From Lachnospiraceae bacterium UBA7054 (GTDB taxonomy: Bacteria; Bacillota; Clostridia; Lachnospirales; Lachnospiraceae), in assembly GCA_002492725.1 (NCBI GenBank), contig DLAF01000071.1, positions 2,305 to 66,304 on the forward strand: a stretch of 64,000 bases of DNA, written 5' to 3'. Within the stretch, counting starts at the first letter, position 1. Each line of letters starts with the position of its first letter. Made by a program: the position numbers and the translations under genes. Shown here in pieces: positions 40,357-48,783 of this stretch. The notes under the pieces were generated by a model. It saw nothing but the letters and a program-made list of their open reading frames with translations. It did not search any database and had not been told where the DNA came from.

Positions 40357-41976
40357 ATGTTAAAAGTATTTTTGGTAGAGGATGAGAGCATTGTCAGAGA
40401 AGGGCTTCGGGATAACATTCCCTGGGAGCAGTGGGGATATCAGTTCGTTGGGGAGGCCGCTGACGGGGAGATGGCGCTGCCGCTGATTCAGAAGACGAAG
40501 CCCGACGTGCTTTTGACGGATATCAAGATGCCGTTTATGGATGGTCTTTCTTTAAGCCGCCTGGTGCATCAGGAGTTTCCCGATATGAAGATCATCATTA
40601 TCAGTGGTTACGATGATTTTGAATACGCGCGGGGCGCGATCCAGGTGGGCGCGGAGCAGTACCTTTTAAAGCCCATCACCAGGGCTGTCCTGCAAAAAAC
40701 ATTGGCGGAGCTGAAAGCAAAGATTGAATCGGAGCGGGAGCAGAAAAGCTATCAGGAGAAATTCCAGAGCGAGGCAAGGGAGTACGAACAATTTTCCCGC
40801 ACGGATTTTTTTGTGCGTATTTTTGAAGGCAGGATGCCCGTGCAGGATATTTACGAGGAAGCGGCGAAACTCTCCCTGCGGATCAATGCGCCCTGCTATA
40901 ATCTTCTGATGTTTAATTTACAGGAACGGCGCGGCGGGGAGAATGTGGGCATCGAATCCGAAGATTTTGCCAGGAAGCGGGAGGAGCTTTTGCATTACTT
41001 TATCCGCTATCCGGAAAATCTGGTCTTTCGCTGGAATGTGAATACTTACGGGGTACTCATTCAGGGCAGTGCGGAACACATGCCTGCGCTTTGTGAAAGG
41101 AGCCTTGTAAATGTGGAGCGTATCTGTAAGCCGGCAGAGGACAGCCTGCAATGGTATGTGGCAGTGGGGGAACCGGTGGAACGCTTAAGTCTCCTGGCGG
41201 AGTGTTTCAGCAAGGTGAATCATCTCTTTGCCTATCGTTTCCTGATGCCGCAGGAGCATGTTTTTACCAAGGAGCTCATCGGCAGAAGCGCGCCGCAGGA
41301 GGCGGGAGGCAGGATCGACGGCATCGAGGCGGCCAGGATGGATCCGGAATTGATCCGCGACTTTTTACTGCGGGGTACAAAGGACGAGATCGCGGATTTT
41401 GTGGAAAACTATCTGTCGGAGATGAAGGAAGCCATGCAGGCTGTGATGTTTCAGAATTATCTGACGCTGCACATCTATTTTGTGACCCTCTCCTATGCGG
41501 AGATGCTTGGATGCGGGAGGGAGGAGTTTTTGCGGCTCCTGGGGGAAACCACGCCCGAAAGCGTGAACGGCGCGGAGATGCTGCCCTCCTACTTCTGCAG
41601 TCTTTTGGAAAAGGCAATGGCGCTACGTGACAGGGAATCTGACGATCAGAGCAAACGTATCTTAAAGAAAGCCCTCTCTTATATAGAAGAAAATTTTTCA
41701 CAGGAGACTCTTTCCTTAAACTCTGTTGCCGGTGAGGTGAATGTCAGTCCCAGTTATTTCAGCGCGATCTTCTCCCGGGAGAAGCAGATGACCTTTGTGG
41801 AATATGTGACTGGCAAGCGTATGGATAAGGCGAAAAAGCTTCTCAGACAGACGCAGATGCACACCGGGGAGATTGCACTGGAAGTAGGTTATAAGGATCC
41901 GCATTATTTTAGTTTTGTATTTAAGAAGACGCAGGGATGCACCCCCAGAGAATATCGTGCGGGCGCGAAGGCTTAG
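40357..41976 (+). CDS. Response regulator with AraC output domain (YesN-like)
   Basis: Receiver domain plus C-terminal GYKDPHYFS..FKK..G.TPREYR. Confidence 0.93.
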   Translation: MLKVFLVEDESIVREGLRDNIPWEQWGYQFVGEAADGEMALPLIQKTKPDVLLTDIKMPFMDGLSLSRLVHQEFPDMKIIIISGYDDFEYARGAIQVGAEQYLLKPITRAVLQKTLAELKAKIESEREQKSYQEKFQSEAREYEQFSRTDFFVRIFEGRMPVQDIYEEAAKLSLRINAPCYNLLMFNLQERRGGENVGIESEDFARKREELLHYFIRYPENLVFRWNVNTYGVLIQGSAEHMPALCERSLVNVERICKPAEDSLQWYVAVGEPVERLSLLAECFSKVNHLFAYRFLMPQEHVFTKELIGRSAPQEAGGRIDGIEAARMDPELIRDFLLRGTKDEIADFVENYLSEMKEAMQAVMFQNYLTLHIYFVTLSYAEMLGCGREEFLRLLGETTPESVNGAEMLPSYFCSLLEKAMALRDRESDDQSKRILKKALSYIEENFSQETLSLNSVAGEVNVSPSYFSAIFSREKQMTFVEYVTGKRMDKAKKLLRQTQMHTGEIALEVGYKDPHYFSFVFKKTQGCTPREYRAGAKA

Positions 41977-42022
41977 CGTGCGGGTTGTTGGGCGGCGGTC
42001 GGGAATATGGACGGTGGGTGGA

Positions 42023-43111
42023 CTACATGGCGCCGCCGGGAGGAGCATCGCTTTCTTTATGAACCAGTTCCCAAGGGATTTCCTGGGATACGGCAGGAAC
42101 GCCCTTTAAAAGCTGTGCCATTGTATCGGCGACGCGCCTTCCCATCTCGTGGGGGCGGTGGGTCAGTGTGGTGATGCGTACCCTGCTTAGGTCGCTTAAG
42201 TAGCTGTTGTCAAAGCAGACCACGGAGAGGTCTTTTGGTACCCGGATTCCTTCATAGGAAAGTTCTTTTACAAGCCAGTAGGCGATCTCATCGTTATAGC
42301 AGATGACGGCAGTGCAGTCGGACAATCGTTCCTTACAATAGAGGGCTAGGAAGCTGGTGTCCTGTTTTTTTTGCAGCGCTTCCAGGTCGGAGGACACAAA
42401 CCAGCCGACATTCTCATCAGCCAGTGTGAGGCCGAGGTCGCGCAGGCAGCAGGCGGCTCCCAGATAGCGCTCGGGGCCCTGTGCATCGTCCAGCTTAAAG
42501 AGCCCGGCGATACGGGTATGGCCCAGAGCCGTCAGATGTCCCGCCAGAAGATAACCGCCGTAGTAATTGTCGTCTTTGATGCAGACTTCATCTGAGAGGG
42601 CCGGGCTGCAGCCGTGAAGGAATAGAAGACGCGTACCTGCGGTCTTCAATCGCTCGTAAAGGTCGAAGTTCGGGGTGGGCAGAGCGCTTTTTGTGCCCTC
42701 CACGATCAGTCCCCGAGGCGGGTTTTCCAAAAGAGACAGCAAATGTATTCTTTCTATATTAATGTGATTGTCTGTGGGAAGCACATCGAGTTGATAACCC
42801 TTTTCACTCAGGGAGGAACGGATATCCGCGAGCAGACGGGGGTAGATATACTCCTGACTGCTGGCGATCAGGATGGGGATGCGGTTTTGGGAAAGGTCCG
42901 GAGCAAGTCCCGTCGCGAAGGAGCCGCTTCCCTGTCGGCTCTCGATCAGACCCTTTTGCTTAAGCAGGGCAAGAGCGGCGCGCACAGTCTGACGGCTGAC
43001 ACCGTATCTGGCTGACAGTTTTGCTTCTGTGGGAAGCGCTGTGAGACCTTGCTCCAGATTCTGTGCGATTTGTTCCATAAGCTGTTTCGAAAGTGTTTCG
43101 TATTTGCTCAT
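42023..43111 (-). CDS. araR: GntR-HTH/LacI-effector repressor, AraR-like
   Basis: LPTE..LS..YGVSRQTVR.A, QGSGSF, EGTKSALP, CYNDEIA. Confidence 0.75.
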   Translation of the reverse strand: MSKYETLSKQLMEQIAQNLEQGLTALPTEAKLSARYGVSRQTVRAALALLKQKGLIESRQGSGSFATGLAPDLSQNRIPILIASSQEYIYPRLLADIRSSLSEKGYQLDVLPTDNHINIERIHLLSLLENPPRGLIVEGTKSALPTPNFDLYERLKTAGTRLLFLHGCSPALSDEVCIKDDNYYGGYLLAGHLTALGHTRIAGLFKLDDAQGPERYLGAACCLRDLGLTLADENVGWFVSSDLEALQKKQDTSFLALYCKERLSDCTAVICYNDEIAYWLVKELSYEGIRVPKDLSVVCFDNSYLSDLSRVRITTLTHRPHEMGRRVADTMAQLLKGVPAVSQEIPWELVHKESDAPPGGAM

Positions 43112-43533
43112 CTGAAAAAAACCCCTTTTTTGTTCATGGTTTGTTTACAAATTACACCATATTTATTCATAAAAAAGCCCTTCGGAAAAAAAAATACCGT
43201 TCCCAGCCATTTATTGGAAAGAATTACTGTAAACAGGACAACAAGCAACTGGAATGTTTTTCCGTGAAAATCTATAAATGAAACCCAAAATCATAAAAAA
43301 TTATACCAATATTTCTAATTTGTACTATTTAAATTGATTATAACATAAATTTGTATTGTTGAACCCATCCAAATTGCACAAAATACATATTTTGGGAGTT
43401 GCAGTTATATGGTTATTTTGCTAAAGTGTTTTCAGGGACAGAGAGCGATGCATCTTTGTATCCCGAAAAACTTATTTCAATTCAGACTTTCCGTAATAGG
43501 AGGGTCTCAATTCAGAAAGGGAGGAAACTAACA

Positions 43534-44640
43534 ATGAAGAAAAGATTGGCAGTGTTACTGACCGGCGCTATGGTAATGGCGACTCTGGCAGGATGCGGCG
43601 GCGGTGCGGCAGAGACAGCGGCACCCGCAGAGACACCTGCGGCAGAGGAAGCACCTGCAGAGGAGCCCGCGGCAGAGGAGCCCGCGGCAGAGGAGCCGGC
43701 AGCGGAAGAACCCGCAGCAGAGGAGGCACCCGCAGCAGACGGCGAACTGATCAAAGTTGGTATCATCAACAACGATCCCAGTGAGTCCGGTTATCGTACC
43801 GCGAACGACGCGGATCTGAAGGCTGCATTTACTGCAGAGAACGGTTATGAGGCATCTTTTGCATATGGTAACCCCGCAGTAGGTAATGCAAACGAGGATC
43901 AGGTAAAGGCAGCGCAGCAGTTCATTCAGGACGGTGTTGACTATCTGCTTCTCTCCGCGGCTGATACCGCCGGTTGGGATACCGTTTTACAGGATGCGCA
44001 GGACGCAGGCGTTCAGGTTATCCTGTTTGACCGTACCATCGACGCTGACGAAGGTCTTTACGCAGCATCCATCGTATCCGACATGGATAAAGAAGGTCAG
44101 ACCGCAGTAGACTGGCTTGCAAATCAGGGTCTTGAGACCTACAACATCATCCACCTGCAGGGTCAGATGGGTTCCGCAGCACAGCAGGGTCGTACCAAGG
44201 CGCTGGATGATAAGGTGGCAGCAGAGGCTAACTGGAACATGGTTGAGCAGCAGACCGCTTCCTGGAACGCTGAGAACGCACAGCAGATCGTGCAGTCTGT
44301 GATCGACTCCGGTAAAGAGTTCAACGTAATCTACGCTGAGAACGACGATATGGCTAAGGGTGCTGTTGCAGCTCTGGATGCAGCCGGCATCACTCACGGC
44401 GTAGGCAAGGATGTCATCATCATGGGCTTTGACTGCAACAAGTGGGCTCTGGAAGAGCTGCTTGCAGGCAACTGGAACTACGATGGTCAGTGTAATCCTT
44501 TCCAGTCTTCTTACATCGATGAGGTAATCAAGACCCTTGAGAGCGGCGGCACGCCTGCTGAGAAGGTGATCATCATGGAGGAGAAGGGCTTCGATGCAGA
44601 GACCATTACTCAGGAAGATGTTGATAAGTACGGCATCTAA
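43534..44640 (+). CDS. Monosaccharide ABC solute-binding lipoprotein (arabinose/galactofuranose type)
   Basis: Lipobox LAGC, EEPAA linker, ESGYRTAN, ENDDMA, QCNP. Confidence 0.9.
   Translation: MKKRLAVLLTGAMVMATLAGCGGGAAETAAPAETPAAEEAPAEEPAAEEPAAEEPAAEEPAAEEAPAADGELIKVGIINNDPSESGYRTANDADLKAAFTAENGYEASFAYGNPAVGNANEDQVKAAQQFIQDGVDYLLLSAADTAGWDTVLQDAQDAGVQVILFDRTIDADEGLYAASIVSDMDKEGQTAVDWLANQGLETYNIIHLQGQMGSAAQQGRTKALDDKVAAEANWNMVEQQTASWNAENAQQIVQSVIDSGKEFNVIYAENDDMAKGAVAALDAAGITHGVGKDVIIMGFDCNKWALEELLAGNWNYDGQCNPFQSSYIDEVIKTLESGGTPAEKVIIMEEKGFDAETITQEDVDKYGI
43644..43737 (+). repeat. Coding 15-bp tandem repeats (EEPAA linker)
   Basis: GCAGAGGAGCCCGCG-like units repeated about 5 times. Confidence 0.8.
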
Positions 44641-44763
44641 TCCGAAGTTTGAAAAAACAATAGAAATATGATATAATGTTTCTAACGAGCGCGGCGCAGC
44701 GTAAAGCCTGCCCGCGCTCTTTTTAACGAAAAAACGATATAATAATTGGGAGGTGGGTAGGAA

Positions 44764-46278
44764 GTGGAAGACAACATCGTATTAAAAATGAGAAACATCC
44801 ACAAGATCTTCCCCGGAGTTCGCGCCTTGCAGGGTGTGGATTTCACATTACGCAAGGGCGAGATCCACGCGCTGATGGGGGAAAACGGCGCCGGGAAATC
44901 GACACTGATCAAGGTCCTTACCGGGGTTTATGGCAAAGAAGACGGAGAAATCTTCTTGGACGGTACGGAGGGTCCGGTGGCGATTCATTCGCCGCAGGAT
45001 GCGCAGAATATGGGCATCAGTACCGTGTATCAGGAGATCACGCTCTGCCCGAACCTGACGGTGGCTGAGAATATGTTTATCGGCCGTACCAAGGGCACGG
45101 TGCAAAACTGGAAGAAAATGAATGCCGATACGGACAGGATATTGCAGTCTCTGGAAGTGCCGGCGAAAGCGGCGCAGCAGCTCGGAACCTGTTCCTTGGC
45201 GGTGCAGCAGATGATTGCAATCGCCCGTGCGGTTGATATGGAGTGTAAGGTTCTGATCCTGGATGAGCCTACTTCCTCTCTGGATGAGCAGGAAGTTGAG
45301 AAACTGTTTAAGCTGATGCGGGATCTCCGCGCCAAAGGGGTAGGTATTATTTTTGTAACACATTTCCTGGAGCAGGTTTACGAGGTCTGCGACAGGATCA
45401 CCGTTATGAGAGACGGTAAGCTGGTTGGCGAATATGAGATCGAGAATCTGCCCCGCGTGCAGCTCGTGTCCAAGATGCTGGGTAAAGAGGTGGATGATCT
45501 TTCGGATATTAAGAGCGAAGTTAAGACATTTGACGCAGGAAAGGACGCGGTTCCCGTGCTGGAAGCGGAAGGACTTGTCAGCAACGCGGGTATCAAACCT
45601 TTCGATTTCCATATCAACAAGGGCGAAGTCAATGGTTTCACCGGTCTTCTCGGCTCCGGTCGAAGCGAGTGCGTGCGCGCCATTTTCGGTGCGGACAGGG
45701 TGACCGGCGGCAAAGTAAAAATGAAGGGCAAGGATGTAAAGATCGCAAAGCCGCTTGACGCGATGAAGAACGGTATCGCTTATCTGCCCGAAGATCGTAA
45801 GGTGGACGGTATCGTGGGCGATCTTTCCGTGCGTGACAATATCATTTTGGCACAGCAGGTATTAAAGGGCTTCTTCAAACCCTTCTCCAAGGCGGAGGCA
45901 AATAAAGTCGCTGATGAGTACATAAAACTTTTGAACATTAAAACGGCATCAAAGGATACGCCGATCAAGTCGCTTTCCGGCGGTAACCAGCAGAAGGTAA
46001 TCCTGGCGAGATGGTTATTTACCCATCCCGAATACCTGATCCTCGATGAGCCGACCAGAGGTATCGATGTGGGTACCAAGGTCGATATTCAGAAGCTTGT
46101 CTTAAAGCTGGCGTCCGAGGGCATGAGCGTAACTTTTATCTCCTCAGAGCTTGACGAGATGCTCAGGACTTGTTCCCGCCTGATCGTTATGCGTGACCGC
46201 AAGGCGGTAGGTGAGCTGACGGGCGACGATCTGAATCAGGGTACGGTTATGAATACGATCGCGGGAGGTGACAAATAA
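44764..46278 (+). CDS. Monosaccharide ABC ATP-binding protein (tandem NBD)
   Basis: GENGAGKST, LSGGNQQK, DEPTRGIDVG. Confidence 0.95.
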   Translation: MEDNIVLKMRNIHKIFPGVRALQGVDFTLRKGEIHALMGENGAGKSTLIKVLTGVYGKEDGEIFLDGTEGPVAIHSPQDAQNMGISTVYQEITLCPNLTVAENMFIGRTKGTVQNWKKMNADTDRILQSLEVPAKAAQQLGTCSLAVQQMIAIARAVDMECKVLILDEPTSSLDEQEVEKLFKLMRDLRAKGVGIIFVTHFLEQVYEVCDRITVMRDGKLVGEYEIENLPRVQLVSKMLGKEVDDLSDIKSEVKTFDAGKDAVPVLEAEGLVSNAGIKPFDFHINKGEVNGFTGLLGSGRSECVRAIFGADRVTGGKVKMKGKDVKIAKPLDAMKNGIAYLPEDRKVDGIVGDLSVRDNIILAQQVLKGFFKPFSKAEANKVADEYIKLLNIKTASKDTPIKSLSGGNQQKVILARWLFTHPEYLILDEPTRGIDVGTKVDIQKLVLKLASEGMSVTFISSELDEMLRTCSRLIVMRDRKAVGELTGDDLNQGTVMNTIAGGDK

Positions 46279-47370
46279 ATGGCAAACGGTGAAAATGTAA
46301 AAAAATCGAGTTCGGGTTCCTGGAAGAACCTTATTAGAAATCAATGCTTTATTCCGATTGCGGCGCTGCTTTTGCTGGCGGTTTTTAACTTGATTGCCGA
46401 TCCTTCTTTCTTTAAGATCACACTCGGCTATAACAGTGCGGGTGATCCGGTGCTTTCCGGATTTATCATCAATATTATCAACAACGGTTCCGAGCTGGCG
46501 ATTCTGGCGATCGGCATGACGCTGGTGACGGCGGCTTCCGGCGGGCAGGATATCAGCGTGGGTGCGGCGATCGCTATCGCGGGCAGCGTGATCCTGCGGG
46601 TGCTCTGCGGCGGGAATGCCCGTCCCGAAACCCTGCAGGCTCCTATTATCGTAGCGTTCCTGGTGGCTTGCGTGGTGGCAATGCTCTTTGGCGCATTCAA
46701 TGGCGTGCTGGTAGCGTACTTTAAGATCCAGCCGATGATCGCGACATTGATCCTGTATACGGCGGGACGTTCCATCGCGGCATGGATCAATAACAATGAG
46801 CTTCCCGTTATCAGCGATCCGAAGTTTGCTTATTTCGGCGGTTTCATTCCGGGGATACCGATTCCGACGCCCTGCTTTATCGCAATCGCGTGCATGATCG
46901 TGATCGGCATTGTCCTGAAAGTGACAAATCTGCGGCTGTATACGCAGGCGGTCGGTATCAACCAGAGCTCTTCCAAGTTAAACGGTCTGAATCCCGAGCT
47001 GATCAAAGTGATGGCTTTTGTGATACTGGGACTGTGCGTGGCAGTTGCGGGTCTGATCAAAGTAAGTCGTGTATCTTCCATCAATTACTCCGTTATCGCG
47101 AAGGATATTGAGATGGATGCCATCCTTGCGGTCGCTCTTGGCGGTAACGCGCTTTCCGGCGGTAAATTCAGTATGGCGGCTTCCATCATCGGTGCGTTTG
47201 TGATCCAGTTCCTGACGACGACGCTTTACAAATTTGGTGTGCCGGCGACGGCGCTTCCCGCTTATAAGGCAGTCGTTGTTATCCTGTTAGTCATTGTCAG
47301 TGCGCCTACCGTGAGAGAGTACTTTGACACGATGATGAAAAAGATGAAACTGAAAAAGGAGGTGGCGTAA
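46279..47370 (+). CDS. Monosaccharide ABC permease (YtfT-like)
   Basis: DISVGA, EMDAILAVALGG. Confidence 0.92.
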   Translation: MANGENVKKSSSGSWKNLIRNQCFIPIAALLLLAVFNLIADPSFFKITLGYNSAGDPVLSGFIINIINNGSELAILAIGMTLVTAASGGQDISVGAAIAIAGSVILRVLCGGNARPETLQAPIIVAFLVACVVAMLFGAFNGVLVAYFKIQPMIATLILYTAGRSIAAWINNNELPVISDPKFAYFGGFIPGIPIPTPCFIAIACMIVIGIVLKVTNLRLYTQAVGINQSSSKLNGLNPELIKVMAFVILGLCVAVAGLIKVSRVSSINYSVIAKDIEMDAILAVALGGNALSGGKFSMAASIIGAFVIQFLTTTLYKFGVPATALPAYKAVVVILLVIVSAPTVREYFDTMMKKMKLKKEVA

Positions 47371-47371
47371 G

Positions 47372-48439
47372 ATGGCAAAGACAGATAAGAATACGGCGCC
47401 TGCCGGAAAGGGCCTTAGCGCGAAGCTAATGGGTATGACCGATACCAATCTGCTCCTTACGATTACGGTTATTGTATTTTTTCTGATGTATATATGCGCA
47501 GTGGCATTTCTGCGTGGCGGTTTCTTAAAGCCGCAGACCTTTTTCCTGATTTTAAACAGTAACGCGGCGCTCATTATCCTGGCCTGCGGCATGAGCCTTG
47601 TAATGATCACTGGCGGGATCGATATTTCCGTGGGCGGTGTGACCGCTCTGGTGAGCATGTGCTGTGCGGTCTATCTGGATTATAAAGGCGGTAACGTTTT
47701 TGGCGCGATTCTGATTGCGCTGGCGATTGGTTTGGCATTTGGTGCCATTCAAGGCTTAATGGTGGCGTATCTGGATATCCAGCCCTTTATCGTCACACTG
47801 GCGGGTATGTTCTTTGCAAAGGGTATGACGACAGTGGTCAACTCCTCTCCCTTTAATGTGGCGAACGAAGCGTTTGTTGCACTCAAGACGACGCGTATCA
47901 ACGTACCGGGACTTGGTTCTGTTAATAAAAAGGGAATCTTTGTGCCCGCATATGTGGAGATCGGCGTGCTGGTTGCGATCCTGATTGTAATCGTGATGTT
48001 TGTGCTGCTGCGCTGGACGAAGCTGGGACGTAACTTCTATGCGGTCGGTGGTAACAAACAGAGCGCATTGATGCTCGGTATCAACGTAAAGAGGACAAAA
48101 TTCCTCTCCCATTTGATTTGCGGCCTTTTGGCAGGAATCGGCGGTTTCGTTTACTTCCTGCATGTGGGCTCCGGTTCCCCCTCCAATGCGGCAGGCGCCG
48201 AAATGGATGCAATTGCTTCCTCTATTATCGGCGGCACTATGCTGACAGGCGGTGTGGGTAACGTGGTTGGCACCTTCTTTGGTGTACTTTCTTTGAGTAC
48301 GATTCAGAATATCGTTTCCTCCATCGGATTTGATGAAGCATGGTGGACCGGTATCACAAAGGCGGCTATGCTCTGCCTGTTCCTGCTGGTTCAGAGCGTG
48401 GTGATGTCTGTGAGAAAGAAGAGAAATTCCGCAGGCTGA
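47372..48439 (+). CDS. Monosaccharide ABC permease (YjfF-like)
   Basis: GGIDISVG, EMDAIASSIIGG. Confidence 0.92.
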   Translation: MAKTDKNTAPAGKGLSAKLMGMTDTNLLLTITVIVFFLMYICAVAFLRGGFLKPQTFFLILNSNAALIILACGMSLVMITGGIDISVGGVTALVSMCCAVYLDYKGGNVFGAILIALAIGLAFGAIQGLMVAYLDIQPFIVTLAGMFFAKGMTTVVNSSPFNVANEAFVALKTTRINVPGLGSVNKKGIFVPAYVEIGVLVAILIVIVMFVLLRWTKLGRNFYAVGGNKQSALMLGINVKRTKFLSHLICGLLAGIGGFVYFLHVGSGSPSNAAGAEMDAIASSIIGGTMLTGGVGNVVGTFFGVLSLSTIQNIVSSIGFDEAWWTGITKAAMLCLFLLVQSVVMSVRKKRNSAG

Positions 48440-48456
48440 TTTTAAAGTATTGAGAT

Positions 48457-48496
48457 AAAGAGTGGTACAGTTTTGAGACTGTGCCGCTCTTTTTTT
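48457..48496 (+). terminator. Intrinsic terminator of the sugar ABC operon
   Basis: AAAGAGTGGTACAGT...ACTGTGCCGCTCTTTTTTT. Confidence 0.85.
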
Positions 48497-48537
48497 AATT
48501 TTTAGCGGCTTTTTCATAACAACTGTTCCATAATTTG

Positions 48538-48783
48538 TTCGTAACACATTAGTAACACGAAAATTTCCTCCAAATCCCCCTTCACCCCGCTCCCCGCGCG
48601 GGTTTAAAAATTTAATAAAAATTTTATCAGTTACAAATTAGTAACAAAATTCATTGGTACGCACGCAAATTATCATGATTTAGAATAACGAACGCGTTTG
48701 CAAAGGCCATCAAAGGAGCATAAATACGGGACTTTTGGAGACTCAACAAGTTTTGCAGAGATTTTTGATGTGATGTGACGGAG
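48538..48783 (+). repeat. 246-bp conserved element, copy 1 (putative recombination/att-like site)
   Basis: Ungapped match to 60067-60312 (offset 11,529 bp, about 12 mismatches by manual count); contains two pairs of TTAGTAACA(C/A)A-like 11-mers. Confidence 0.95.

Noticed and set aside
43130-43400. AraR operator sites
   Set aside because: Only half-site matches (ATTTGTAC, TACAAAT) in AT-rich DNA, too weak to call.
43644-43737. EEPAA tandem repeats as a contingency locus
   Set aside because: They are in-frame 15-bp degenerate repeats in a lipoprotein linker, common in this group, and length change would not switch expression.
48538-48783. Element as a group I/II intron fragment (trans-splicing) or riboswitch leader
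   Set aside because: I found no group II domain V, group I core or riboswitch consensus. The CCCGCGCGGG palindrome is not conserved in copy 2, and tandem direct 11-mers fit DNA-binding sites better. Not formally excluded without an Rfam search.
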